From NCBI GenBank assembly GCA_963790475.1, contig CAWBOS010000006.1:544001-608000 (forward strand): a stretch of DNA of 64,000 nucleotides, in the 5' to 3' direction. Positions 29,275 through 40,195 of this stretch are shown in pieces. This stretch comes from an uncultured delta proteobacterium (GTDB lineage Bacteria > Desulfobacterota > RBG-13-43-22). Within the stretch, counting starts at the first letter, position 1, and each line of letters begins with the position of its first letter. Made by a program: the position numbers and the translations under genes. A model generated the notes under the pieces. That model was not told the origin of the DNA. It worked only from the letters and a program-made list of their open reading frames with translations, and did no database searches.

Positions 29275-32018
29275 ATGACCAATCTTACAAAAAATTCCGA
29301 TACCTATTGGCCTCTCGGGATGCTCCCAGTCCTCGGCTCTACAATCCCCGAGAGCATGCAGGCCTTGACCATTCACCGAGACGAATACGGCCCTCCCAGC
29401 CAGGTGATCCGGATGGAAACAGTCCCCACTCCGCTCCTGAGGGATAACGATAGCGGTCGTGTTCTGGTGGCGATTCTGGCTCCGGACCCAATTACAACAC
29501 CAATTTTGCCGCTCTGGGACTTCCGGTCCCTGTTTTCGGCCGAGGTGATTCGGCTACCATCCATATTCCCGGAAGTGATGCCCTGGGGATCGTGGTTGAT
29601 GCCGGTTCCGCGGTCACCCGGGTCAAAGTCGGACAGGTGGTTATTCTGGACTCCTGGACCGGCCGAAGCATCCGAGGCTATGAAACCCATGACGGGTTTA
29701 ATGCCCAATTCGCCGTAGTCGATGAGGGACGGGCCATACCGGTCCCGGAATCTCTGCAAAGTCATTCTCCCGAGAGCCTGGCCGCCATGCTGCTGACTTA
29801 CGCAACGGCCTATCGGGCCATCGTTGAGCGGCTGAAAGTTCGGCCAGGTGAATCAGTGCTGATTATGGGCGGGGGAAAGGGAACCAGTTTTGCCGGCGCC
29901 CAATTGGCCAAAGCCATAGGGGCCCGGGTGATCCTTATGGGCTCCAATCCGACACTCGTCAACAGCTTGATTTCCCGGGGTCTGGCCGACGCCTTTGTGG
30001 ACCGCCGGGCTTTTGACCCGAATGTTTTTGGGGTCATCGACCAGAACCTTTCCTGGACCCAATGGGAGTCAAAGACCGAATCTTTTCGCCGGGCCGTTCG
30101 GCAAGCCAACAACGGCCACCTGGTGGATAAGGTATTCGAACATACCGGAGGAGCGAATTTCCCTTTGCTCATCTCCGCCCTGGCCCCCGGCGGCACACTG
30201 GCTTTCTTCGGGGCCACAGGCAAGGGGCTGAAAGGCGAGTACAAGGAGACCTTCTTCTATGAAGGCCGCCGTTTCGTCATGGATGCCCGCTGGGTCTGGA
30301 TGCGTCAGAAACAGATCCTTTTCCGCCGAGGGTCGGCCGAGCACATTTTAGAAGCGGCGGGTTTGCTTCCCGGCCGGAAGGTGCTGGTCTGGGGAGCCGA
30401 TCAATACGCCCGGCACTTTATCCGGGCCGCATTGAACCGGTCCGCCCAAGTGGCGGTTATCGCTTCGCAGACCAGGGAGAAAAAGGACATTTCCCGAGTG
30501 ATCCGCATGGGCATCCCTCCCGATCACATCCTCGATCGTGACGTTTTTGTGCTGCCTGCGGACATGCCCGACCCGCTGACCGAAAAAGGAGAACCCAATC
30601 CCGCCTATGGTCCGGAATATATGAGACATGCCCAGGCCCTCGGCAAGGCCCTGTGGACCCTGTTCGGTCCCCGGCAGAGCCCGGACCTGGTTGTGGAAAG
30701 GACCGACCAGAGCACCTTGCACTTCAGTACCTTTGTGGCCCGTGACTTTGATGAGAATGATGTGCAGCAGTGCGGCACTGTGGTGGTCCGGGGCAAATCC
30801 GATCTTACCATCCGCGGATCGCATATGTTTTCTTCCGCGCAGGCGGCCGATGTCGTTCGCCTGCTCGGCAGCGGAACGCTGGAGATGGAACAGGATGATC
30901 TGGAAATAACCGATCTGGCGGGGATTCCCGGCCTGCAACAGAAAATGTTGGACGGGGTTATGAAAAAGCCCAAAGGCGTAGCCCTGGTCCAGGCCGATCG
31001 TCCCGGCCGCACTATCGCCGGCTATGAATCGGCCTTCCGGGGAGAGGAGGTCATGGCGGCCGATCCGGCAGAAGATCGGTTGATCGACGTCCGGTTGATC
31101 AAAGGAGTGGCCGTGGTGACTCTCACCCGGCCTGAAGCGCTGAACGCCTTGAATGCGGCCCTGGTTTCCCAGTTGAGCGATCTGGTCCGAGAGGTCGCGG
31201 AGCATCAGACCATTTCCAACCGACCGGTAAAGGCCCTGGTTATCACCGGGGCCGGGCGGTCCTTTGTCGCCGGGGCCGACGTGAATGCCTTTCGAGGCAG
31301 CCCGGAAATTATCGGGGCCTTTGCCCGTAAAAACATTGCCGTATTTTCGGACCTGGAAAATCTCCCGATTCCGGTGATAGCCCTTGTTGACGGCTTCGGT
31401 CTGGGCGGGGGGAACGAGCTGGCCATGAGCGCCCACTACCGGATCGTTACTGAAAATGCCCGCCTGGGACAGCCGGAGGTCAAGCTGGGCATTATCCCCG
31501 GCTATGGAGGATTACAACGCCTGCCCCGGCTGATCGGCCCGATCAAGGCGGCGCAGATGTGCATCAATGGGGAGCCGATCGACAGCTATGAGGCCCTGGA
31601 AATAGGGTTGGCCGATGAACTCGTCCCCTCGGCAACAGCCCTGCCGCGGGCCATTGCCATAGCCCGGCAGTTCATTGAAGGGCAGCGGCGCATACCGCCC
31701 AAGGATTGGGATATCCGGGGAGAAAAACAAGGCGAAGAGCTTAAGGCCCTTTTATCCCGCCCCGTGGTTCGCGAGTTGATGGCCGCTCCGACGCCCAAGC
31801 AAAGCGAGGCCGGGGATCTGCGTGCTGTTCGTATGGCCTCGGCCCGCGATACTCTGGCGGCCATACAATATGGGTATGAGCACGGGTTCGAAGAGGGGTT
31901 AAGTAACGATGCCATACTCTTCGGCCGGATAGCCGCCTCCCCCGGGGGTCAGGAATGGATCGATCGTTTCCTGGCCAAGGACCCTCTTCAGGGCTCGTTT
32001 CTGACCCTGTTGCCGTGA
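29275..32018 (+). CDS. Enoyl-CoA reductase (Ccr/Pcs-like MDR) - enoyl-CoA hydratase fusion, ~914 aa (frameshift ~29481)
   Basis: Corrected GPNYNTNFA, IRGYETHDG, TAYRA, IRGSHMF; C-terminal crotonase FVAGAD, GGGNELA, GQPEVKLG; AAGGAGA RBS. Confidence 0.8.
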
Positions 32019-32196
32019 ACTGATTTTAGCTGGAATGCATTTATCCCCGGTCATCAAGATCAATACTGGACAGGTTGCCTTTGCACTTGATTGTATTGAA
32101 TTCTTCTGGCCTATGATTAGAGTAAATCAGATTTCCAGGAAACAATCTAACATAAACTTTACCCAAAAAGACAAGGGTTAAGAAGGAGACTTTTCT

Positions 32197-33750
32197 ATGG
32201 TTTGGGAACCAGAAGTAGATGAACTGAAACGTCGACGTCATCTTGCTGAGCAAATGGGAGGTTCGGAAGCTGTCGCCCGTCAACATGCCCGCGGCAAACT
32301 GACCGTGAGGGAGAGGGTCGCCGCTTTAGCCGACCCGGCCTCTTTTGAGGAAATAGGGGTCCTGGCCGGAAGCGCCACTTATGATGGCGGTAAACTGGTG
32401 GATTTTACCCCGGCAAATTCGGTAGCGGGTTTGTGCAGTTTGAATGGACGAAAGGTTGTTGTCAGCGGTGGGGATTTTACCGTACGGGGCGGGGCGGCAG
32501 ACGCATCCGTCGGTCGCAAATCCTATTACGCCCAGGAAATGGCCTATCAGTGGCGTTTGCCTTATATTCGTCTTCTTGACGCCACCGGAGGCAGTGTACG
32601 CACCTTTGAGCAGCTTGGCCGTACCTATATTCCCGATAACCCCGGTACGTTCACTGCCCAACGCCTGCTGAGCACGGTACCGGTGGTCTCGGCCGCCTTA
32701 GGTTCTGTCGCCGGACTTCCGGCGATAGAGGCCTGTCTCGCCCATTTCAACTTGATGGTTAAAGGAACTACTCAGGTTTTTGCCGGCGGGCCGCCGGTAG
32801 TAAAGGCCGCGCTGAATTATGATATTACCAAAGAAGAACTGGGGGATGAACGGACACAGATCTATCAGGGCGGCGTCATTGATAACCTGGCAAAAGATGA
32901 AGAAGAGGCCTTCACGATGATTCGGCGTTTTCTCAGTTACCTGCCCGAGAATGTTTGGGAGATGCCGCCGCGTACCGAGCCGACCGACGACCCAAACCGT
33001 CGTGAGGATGAATTGCTTTCCGCCATACCCAGAGAAACAAAAAAGGTGTACGACCCCCACAAGATTCTGAAATATGTCCTTGATAAAGATTCTTTTTTTG
33101 AGATTGCCCCCTTCTATGGGAGGGCACGCGTTATCGGCTTGGCCAGAGTGAATGGCTATCCGGTGGGCGTGATGATCAACAACCCCATGTTTCTGGGTGG
33201 TTCGATGGATGTGGCCGCCGGAGATAAGGTTATCCGTTTCATGCAACTATGCAATACCTTTCATCTGCCCATGGTCTATTTTGCCGATGAGCCCGGATTT
33301 ATGGTCGGCCTCGATGCCCAAAAGCAAGGAGTAGTGCGCGCCGGGGCCAGGGTGGTTTGCGTTCTCTGCGAAACGCAAATGCCCTGGATAAGCTTCATTA
33401 CCCGGCAGCTTTATGGGGTGGCCGGCGGACTTCATCTGCGACCGGGGGGAATGTATCGCCGCTACGCCTGGCCTTCCGTCAACTGGGGTTCCATGCATAT
33501 TGAAGGAGGGGCTACTGCGGCCTACCGTCGTGAGATTCAGGCTGCACCGGACCCTGAAGCCAAACGGGAGGAGATTGAAGGCCGCCTAAAGGCCATAGCT
33601 TCTCCCTTCAGGACCGCCGAGGCCTTTAATATCGAAGATATTATTGATCCACGGGATACCCGGCCGTTACTATGCGGTTTTGTGGAGATGGCCCAAAAAG
33701 AAATAAAGAGGCAACTCGGTCCGGCGCCCGGTTACAGCTACCGTCCCTAA
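32197..33750 (+). CDS. Acyl-CoA carboxylase/decarboxylase carboxyltransferase (beta) subunit
   Basis: GKLTVRER, GDFTVRGG, KEELG, DEPGFMVG, IIDPRDTR. Confidence 0.9.
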   Translation: MVWEPEVDELKRRRHLAEQMGGSEAVARQHARGKLTVRERVAALADPASFEEIGVLAGSATYDGGKLVDFTPANSVAGLCSLNGRKVVVSGGDFTVRGGAADASVGRKSYYAQEMAYQWRLPYIRLLDATGGSVRTFEQLGRTYIPDNPGTFTAQRLLSTVPVVSAALGSVAGLPAIEACLAHFNLMVKGTTQVFAGGPPVVKAALNYDITKEELGDERTQIYQGGVIDNLAKDEEEAFTMIRRFLSYLPENVWEMPPRTEPTDDPNRREDELLSAIPRETKKVYDPHKILKYVLDKDSFFEIAPFYGRARVIGLARVNGYPVGVMINNPMFLGGSMDVAAGDKVIRFMQLCNTFHLPMVYFADEPGFMVGLDAQKQGVVRAGARVVCVLCETQMPWISFITRQLYGVAGGLHLRPGGMYRRYAWPSVNWGSMHIEGGATAAYRREIQAAPDPEAKREEIEGRLKAIASPFRTAEAFNIEDIIDPRDTRPLLCGFVEMAQKEIKRQLGPAPGYSYRP

Positions 33751-34015
33751 AAACCATAACACCCTTCCGAAGGGAAATTTTCGATCTTAAGGGGATACAG
33801 GGGCGGGAAATATCCCGATAAAAATCCTGTACCCTTTACCGGATTCTAAAAAAATGACAGCGGGGGTCGAGAGCAGACCCCTTTCCCAATTTTTGAGGCA
33901 TTTTATTTCGATCCATGATGCCTCCTTTATATAAAAAAAAGGCCAGGTCTGCCCTTGACCCCTGCTGTAGATTTGAATTCATCTTCTAAAAAAGGTTTTC
34001 CTGAGCGCGGGTTTT

Positions 34016-34693
34016 TTACCATCCTTCGGGGGCATCCGGATTCCAGCCGATACCCAGGAGAGAATCCCCGCGGTCACGGTTCACCTCCCTGAAAGGCAGC
34101 CATTCCTCTTCTTCAACCTTGATGTCCATTTTTGGATATCCGATAGGTTTGCCCTTTCCTACTACTACAAATGTCTCCGGATCCAGGTGAACGCCATACA
34201 GTTCAGCCACACGAAACCCGACCTCTTTGTGCCATTCGGAAGGGGCTTGACCGTATTTGGGGACGACGGTGGGGTTTCCGCGCATGATGCGGAAACTGGC
34301 CGGATGGGCCATACGGCCGCAGGCCAGTGACCTGCTCCCCGTTCTCACCAGACCACTCTCCCTGATGGCCAGGGATTCAAGGTGAGCAAAAAGTCCCAGA
34401 CGTCGATAGCCCGGGGCAATGCAGCATATACCAGCCAGAATAACACATTGGGGTTCGACCATTCGCGGGAGAGGGGTTATGACGGCATCTGCAAGGGCGA
34501 ATCCCACCGCGGTTGCCTGATCGTGGGCCAGGGCCAAAAATCGGAGTGTGGTCAATGACTGGTCGAGGTAACTGTGATTGGCCTGCTCATAGGCCAGATC
34601 GAAAAGGCCATGGATAGTCTGTAGGTCGGTGGTGGTCAATTCAGAAGTTTGAATGACACCGGTATGCAAATTTTGGAGAATCGACGATTTCAC
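34016..34693 (-). CDS. Hypothetical GNAT-fold protein
   Basis: ICCIAPGYRRLGL resembles the acetyl-CoA-binding motif A. Confidence 0.65.
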   Translation of the reverse strand: MKSSILQNLHTGVIQTSELTTTDLQTIHGLFDLAYEQANHSYLDQSLTTLRFLALAHDQATAVGFALADAVITPLPRMVEPQCVILAGICCIAPGYRRLGLFAHLESLAIRESGLVRTGSRSLACGRMAHPASFRIMRGNPTVVPKYGQAPSEWHKEVGFRVAELYGVHLDPETFVVVGKGKPIGYPKMDIKVEEEEWLPFREVNRDRGDSLLGIGWNPDAPEGW

Positions 34694-34869
34694 CTGTTTT
34701 TCCCCTTGATCCTCTTCTTATCCTATTTTATACTCTTTCCGAGATAAGGCAAGAGCTTAACAAATTGGATAAAGTCTTTTGAAAATTGCATCGGAGAGGT
34801 TATTATTAGGTAGTGGCGTTTTTGTTTCTATTGGCGAGTTTTACTTTAGGTTAAGTCCTCCGACTGCCA

Positions 34870-34916
34870 AATCCTCCCCAGCCCCCCTTTGCTAAAGGGG
34901 GGAGAGGGGGGATTTT
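34870..34916. repeat. CCCCCTTT..AAAGGGGG palindromic repeat
   Basis: CCCCCCTTT-GCT-AAAGGGGGG hairpin; same family as 9379-9456. Confidence 0.65.
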
Positions 34917-34983
34917 TATGCTTTCAGATAAATAGGTTGGCGATTTTTTCTGTGCCTTTTCGGATGAGAAAGGAATCTTTAAT

Positions 34984-36051
34984 ATGACACCAAAACGAGT
35001 GGTGGTGATTGAGGGCGATGACGCCGCTCCTGAAGCGGTAAAACCGACTATGGGAATCCTTGACCAACTGAAACTGAACATCGATTGGCTGACCCCTCCC
35101 ATCGGCGATCAAGCCAAGCAACTATACGGCTCAACTTTTCCCGAACAGGCGCGCCGGGCCATCGATGAATCCGATGCCACTTTTTTCGGGGCGGCCAGCG
35201 GTAAGAGCACGGCCGCTTTGTTTTATCTGCGCTTCGGCAAACGTACCTATGCCAATGTGCGGCCGGTAAAATGGCTGCCGGGATTCAAAAGCCCCCTGGC
35301 CGATCCCAAAGGCCTGGACCTGGTGATTATCAGGGAAAATTTAGAAGACCTCTACCTTGGGGTGGAGGGTGAGATCACGGACCTGGATTCTTTAAACCTG
35401 ATCAGCCCCTTCACCAAAGAGAGAATTTCGGACATGGCCCCCGGCCGCTACGCGCTCAAAGTCATCACCGAAAAAGGGACTGCCCGGGTAACCCGGTTTG
35501 CCTTTGAACTGGCTCGAAAACGAAAAGGGCAGGGTCATCCCGGCAAGGTGACTTGCGCTACCAAGCACAATATGCTTTTCCGGAGTGACGGTTTTTTCAG
35601 GGAGGTGGCCCAAAAAATCGCCAAGTCCTACCCGGACATTGTCTTTGAAAGCCTGATTGTGGATGATTTCGCCCACCGGCTGGCCGCTAATCCCCAACAA
35701 TTTGATGTGGCGGTTATGCCCAACTTATATGGGGATATACTATCGGATATGGCCGGGGGCCTGATTGGAGGATTAGGACTGGCCCCCAGCGGCTGTTATG
35801 GTGATGACTACGCCTACTTCGAACCGGTGCACGGCACTGCACCGGATATTGCCGGAAAAAATATTATCAATCCTACAGCGACGATTCTTTCCGCAGCGAT
35901 GATGTTGGACTATTTGGGATTTAAACCGGAGGCCGAACGGATCGAGAAGGCTGTCGAAAAGGTTTACGCCGAAGGCCGCACCCTTCCTCGGGATCAGGGC
36001 GGATCGGCCACCACTGATGAATTCGCCGCTGCGGTCAAAGACTATTTGTGA
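34984..36051 (+). CDS. Isocitrate/isopropylmalate dehydrogenase family
   Basis: IIRENLEDLY, NLYGDILSD and EPVHGTAPDIAG motifs. Confidence 0.92.
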   Translation: MTPKRVVVIEGDDAAPEAVKPTMGILDQLKLNIDWLTPPIGDQAKQLYGSTFPEQARRAIDESDATFFGAASGKSTAALFYLRFGKRTYANVRPVKWLPGFKSPLADPKGLDLVIIRENLEDLYLGVEGEITDLDSLNLISPFTKERISDMAPGRYALKVITEKGTARVTRFAFELARKRKGQGHPGKVTCATKHNMLFRSDGFFREVAQKIAKSYPDIVFESLIVDDFAHRLAANPQQFDVAVMPNLYGDILSDMAGGLIGGLGLAPSGCYGDDYAYFEPVHGTAPDIAGKNIINPTATILSAAMMLDYLGFKPEAERIEKAVEKVYAEGRTLPRDQGGSATTDEFAAAVKDYL

Positions 36052-36171
36052 CCCTTCTACCGATCACTCCCTTCGACCGAGGCGGAGGTGACCATCTCGC
36101 TGCAATTCTTTAGGACCGCTGTAATAACGGTCATAGCCAGGAATTAACCACCTATGTGACAGGAGGTATTT

Positions 36172-37596
36172 ATGAAAGAGGTCTTCGCCTATTTTCTTAC
36201 TTTCCTGCTCTTGTTTTTTACATCAGTTCCTCTGATGGCCCTGGAGAGGCAGACCAGCACCCAGGAAGACCAGACTGCACTGGAAATAACAGTTTACAAC
36301 AGCAATCTGGGACTGGTTAAGGATCAAAGGCAAATAAAATTGGGGAGCGGGATACAGGAACTCAAGTTTATGGATGTGGCTTCCCAAATCATTCCCACCA
36401 GCGTCAGCATAAAATCCTTTCAGGAAGGCGATCCTTTTACGGTCCTGGAACAAAATTATGAATATGACCTGTTAAGCCCCAGGAAGCTGCTGGATAAGTA
36501 TGTGGGCAAGGAGGTTAAACTTTTTACCAAAAACCCCTATACCGAGAGGGAGGAAGTGGTTTCAGCCACCTTGCTGGCCAATAATGAGAACCAACCGGTA
36601 TTTCAAATCGGGCGGGATATCACCTTTAATCATCCGGGCCGGATCCTTTTTCCGGAAATCCCCAAGGATCTCATCTCCAAACCTACTTTGATTTGGCTGT
36701 TGAAAAATAGCGTGACCCATCCGCAAAAGATTGAGGCCCTCTATCTGACCAACGGTATCAACTGGAAATCGGATTATGTTCTGGTCCTGAATGCAGAGGA
36801 TACCCAGGCCGATTTATCGGGCTGGGTGACTATCGATAACAAAAGCGGCGCCACTTATCCAAATGCCGGTCTTAAGTTAGTGGCCGGGGACATCAACCGG
36901 GTTCAGGAAGATTTTCAAAGGGCCAAGAAGGCCATGGCCGCCCCCAGGGAGGCCGCGGCCCCCCAGTTTAGGGAGGAATCGTTCTTTGAATATCATATCT
37001 ATTCTCTGGAGAGGAAGACGACCCTGAAAGAAAATCAGACCAAACAGATCAGTCTTTTGAATGCGGACCGAATTCCAGTATCCAAGGAATTTATCTATCG
37101 AGGTTCCTCTTATTATTATCGGAACAAACAGGGGGAAATCATCACCAACCAGAAAGTCGGGGTCTTTATCCAAATCTCCAATTCCAAAGACCACCATCTG
37201 GGGATGCCCTTGCCCAAAGGGACGGTTCGGGCCTATAAACGGGATTCGGACGGCAGTCTCCAGTTGGTCGGAGAAGACTTGATCGACCATACCCCGAAAG
37301 ATGAAAAGATCAGGCTCAAACTGGGGGAGGCCTTTGATCTAAAGGCGGAAAGAAAACAGATCCAGTGGGAAAAAATCGCTTCCGACACCTATGAATCGGC
37401 TTATGAGGTTACTCTTCGCAACCACAAGAAAGAAGATGTGGTTATCCGGGTGATTGAGCCTTTACCAGGAGACTGGAAGGTTCTGGAGAATTCGCAGGCC
37501 TATACCAAGCTCGATGCCTCAACCATCGCCTTTGACGTACCGGTCCCCAAAGACAAGGAAAGCAAGCTCAAATATCGAGTTAGGGTTAGATTCTGA
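36172..37596 (+). CDS. Secreted DUF4139-domain protein
   Basis: Signal peptide; TVYNSNLGLVKD, LEQNYEYDL, GMPLPKG, IDHTPKDE. Confidence 0.85.
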   Translation: MKEVFAYFLTFLLLFFTSVPLMALERQTSTQEDQTALEITVYNSNLGLVKDQRQIKLGSGIQELKFMDVASQIIPTSVSIKSFQEGDPFTVLEQNYEYDLLSPRKLLDKYVGKEVKLFTKNPYTEREEVVSATLLANNENQPVFQIGRDITFNHPGRILFPEIPKDLISKPTLIWLLKNSVTHPQKIEALYLTNGINWKSDYVLVLNAEDTQADLSGWVTIDNKSGATYPNAGLKLVAGDINRVQEDFQRAKKAMAAPREAAAPQFREESFFEYHIYSLERKTTLKENQTKQISLLNADRIPVSKEFIYRGSSYYYRNKQGEIITNQKVGVFIQISNSKDHHLGMPLPKGTVRAYKRDSDGSLQLVGEDLIDHTPKDEKIRLKLGEAFDLKAERKQIQWEKIASDTYESAYEVTLRNHKKEDVVIRVIEPLPGDWKVLENSQAYTKLDASTIAFDVPVPKDKESKLKYRVRVRF

Positions 37597-37659
37597 TGAC
37601 CCCTAAAAAGTAGTCGCCAAGCCCTGCCCCGGAAAGTTTCAATCCGGGGGTGAAAACCG

Positions 37660-37704
37660 GTCCCGCCAAAGGCGGGATGGATTCCGACTTTCGTCGGAAT
37701 GACG
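37660..37704. repeat. GTCATTCC-family palindromic repeat
   Basis: TCCCGCCAAAGGCGGGA + GGATTCCGACTTTCGTCGGAATGAC (inverse of the 5967 copy). Confidence 0.6.
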
Positions 37705-37773
37705 ACAATGGTCTTTCGGTGATTTTGGGGCCGTATCTACGAAAAAAACCTCAGGAGATATAAGGACGCCCCC

Positions 37774-38052
37774 TCAGATCCTTTTGGTCCTCTCCAGCTT
37801 CATGGTCACCAGATTGTAGGAATCAGGGCATTGGGCCTGAATAGTATCGCCTTGCCACCAGGGGAGATTTCCTCCAAACTGGAAAGTGGATAGATTGGGA
37901 AAGATGTCATGATAAAAGTAGCCGCACAAGCCGGCCGGGTTGTGACAACTGATCTCAAAGGTTTCACCCACTTGATGCCCGGCACTGCATTTCCCCTTCA
38001 CCCCGGTAATAGTGGCTACCACCTTTTGTCCGATGCCTGGATCTTTAGCCAT
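37774..38052 (-). CDS. TIGR04076-family small Cys protein
   Basis: GKCSAGHQVGETF, GLCGYFYHDIFP, QCPD; AAGGAG RBS. Confidence 0.8.
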   Translation of the reverse strand: MAKDPGIGQKVVATITGVKGKCSAGHQVGETFEISCHNPAGLCGYFYHDIFPNLSTFQFGGNLPWWQGDTIQAQCPDSYNLVTMKLERTKRI

Positions 38053-38146
38053 TTACTGTATCTCCTTTCCGATCGATTGAACATTTTTCAAAGGTCTCCA
38101 TTAGTGGTGAAAATAGTAAGAAATTAAAGCGGAGTTGTCAATCTAG

Positions 38147-39040
38147 TTATAACCCCCGCATCCATTCCGGTCTCAAGCCCACTCCGCCTTGAATGGCCTT
38201 CTGGATCAAGGCCAGGGCCGGTTCCTTGCCCCCCGGGTACCGGACCTTTATGGGCAGGTAGTTGGAGGCATGATTGGAATAAAAAAGCCCACGGGATAGC
38301 TGGGTGGCGGCCACCATTTCACCCAACTCGGTTAAAAGCTGGGGAACTGTAAGGGGTTGAAATTTTCCTCCGGCATAGTCCTGCCCCAATAAAGTATTCG
38401 GCAGCACCATGACCGTTAAGGCCCCCACAAAATCAGGGTCCATTTCGGTCAACAACGAACCCGTTTCCCGAGCGTGCTCCAGAGACATATCCGGACCGGC
38501 AATGCCCAACAATACTGTGACCGAAAGTTTGATCCCGGCCTTTTTTATGCGCCTTCCCTGAAGGATCAAATTCTCCCGGGAGGTCCCTTTGCAGATGGTT
38601 TTAAGGAGTTCCGGATGACCGGTCTCCACTCCCAGATAAACAATCCCCAGGCCCAGCCCTTTCAGGTGTTTTAATTCCTCATCGCTTTTCATGCGGATGC
38701 TTTTGGCATTGGCGTAAAGCCCGACCCTCTTCACCCAGGGCAAATGTTCCCTAATCCGTTCCAGGATCCAAACCAGCCGTTTTTGGGGGATGATCAGGGC
38801 ATCTCCATCCATGAGAAAAACCTTGTCCTGTCTCCTGCAATACCTCGACGCAAAGCGAATGTCTTTCAAAATCCGCTCGTCCGTCTTTATCCGAAAGCGT
38901 TTGTCCTTATATGTTCCACAAAAAGAACACTTGTTATGAGAACAGCCCACGGTGACCTGGAGAAGGATACTGAAGGCTTCACTGGGGGGGCGGATGACCG
39001 TTCCCTCATAATCCATTTCCTCTTCTTGAACTTCAGACAT
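38147..39040 (-). CDS. Radical SAM protein
   Basis: IRPPSEA...GCSHNKCSFC; SNHASNY. Confidence 0.9.
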   Translation of the reverse strand: MSEVQEEEMDYEGTVIRPPSEAFSILLQVTVGCSHNKCSFCGTYKDKRFRIKTDERILKDIRFASRYCRRQDKVFLMDGDALIIPQKRLVWILERIREHLPWVKRVGLYANAKSIRMKSDEELKHLKGLGLGIVYLGVETGHPELLKTICKGTSRENLILQGRRIKKAGIKLSVTVLLGIAGPDMSLEHARETGSLLTEMDPDFVGALTVMVLPNTLLGQDYAGGKFQPLTVPQLLTELGEMVAATQLSRGLFYSNHASNYLPIKVRYPGGKEPALALIQKAIQGGVGLRPEWMRGL

Positions 39041-39161
39041 CGAGAACCCTCAATAATTTTTAGGAATCTATAATATTTTCGTTAGTTGGACACAAAAAGT
39101 ATGATCGATTCCATAAATAAAATCAACTTTTTTCACGATGGTATGGCTGGTTATCAAATGC

Positions 39162-39400
39162 TTTTTTGCCACAGACCCGCACGGACAAAAGCCGGACAGA
39201 AGCTTATCTCTCACAGAGCGCACAGAGACACAGGAACCAATCTTTTCATTGCGGTTGAGAGGACCGCAATGAAAAACAAGCTCGGCGCTGATGCGCACAC
39301 TGACCGAAGGCCTGAGGGGTTATGAAAAATCGGCCTCTCCCCGATTTTTCATGAAATATGGTCGTCTTCCTCTTGTCCTGCCTTTGTCGGTGGCAAAAAA
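39162..39400. repeat. Structured REP-like element, copy 3 (composite, lacks the canonical right arm)
   Basis: TCACAGAGCGCACAGAGACACAG arm and the same internal hairpin order as copies 1 and 2; outer IR TTTTTTGCCAC/GTGGCAAAAAA. Confidence 0.7.
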
Positions 39401-39442
39401 GAAATTGTTTTTCTTTTTTCAAAACCGCTTTGGGTAAAAAAA

Positions 39443-40195
39443 TCAGATTTCCTGCAGGAGAGAAAGGAAGGCATCCCAGTCGGAGACCCGGAGGACCCCT
39501 TGGCTGAGAATTTCATCCGACTCGGAGGTGAGGCCGGGTATGCTTGGTAAATGGTTGTCCTGCACATAGGTCATCCAGACCGGTCTGAGGCCGGATTGGG
39601 TAGCCCCAAGGACATCGGGGTCCAGTGAGTCGCCCACATACAAGATTTGATGTTTTTCAAATCCGAGATTTTCCGCCAGCATCTCAAAGACCAGGGGATG
39701 GGGTTTCCGATACCCTATCTCCCCTGAGACCAGGACCGTTTCAAAGAAAGGCGCCAGCCCCAACTGATCGAGAAGACCCGCAACCGCCGGAGCGTGGGTA
39801 AAGTTGGACAGAAGTCCCAGACGGTAATGCCCTTGGAGTTGGTTAAGCATTTCGACTGTCTTGGGAATGGGCCGACAATAATCAAAGAAAGCCGAAAAAT
39901 AGGCCTCCACTGCTTTGGAAATGGAGGCATCATCCGGAGCGACGCTTTGCCCCAGAGAGTTCAAGGCGGCGCTTATCCAGAAACGATTATGCGTCTCTTT
40001 TCCATTAGACTTGCTTTCGGTGACGAACCGTATGGCCGCTTCCCGATAGGCCTTCCGGAAGGGGTCCGGTTCAAAGGTGATTCCGCTCCGTTCAAGGCTT
40101 CCGGTCAGCCGCTGCATGGCTTCACCCAGTGCCCCCGGATCGGCGGTAATCAGGGTATTGAACAGATCGAAGCCGATGGCTTTTATAGTATTCAT
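39443..40195 (-). CDS. HAD-family hydrolase
   Basis: FDLFNTL, LLSN, KPHP and VGDSLDPDV motifs. Confidence 0.9.
   Translation of the reverse strand: MNTIKAIGFDLFNTLITADPGALGEAMQRLTGSLERSGITFEPDPFRKAYREAAIRFVTESKSNGKETHNRFWISAALNSLGQSVAPDDASISKAVEAYFSAFFDYCRPIPKTVEMLNQLQGHYRLGLLSNFTHAPAVAGLLDQLGLAPFFETVLVSGEIGYRKPHPLVFEMLAENLGFEKHQILYVGDSLDPDVLGATQSGLRPVWMTYVQDNHLPSIPGLTSESDEILSQGVLRVSDWDAFLSLLQEI

Noticed and set aside
30348-31436. Long antisense ORFs (also 10087-10830, 12094-12801, 55277-56287, 62420-63052)
   Set aside because: They overlap well-supported genes on the other strand and lack motifs
33830-33925. AGGAGG-ATG on the minus strand at ~33916
   Set aside because: The ORF is only ~26 codons with no identifiable features
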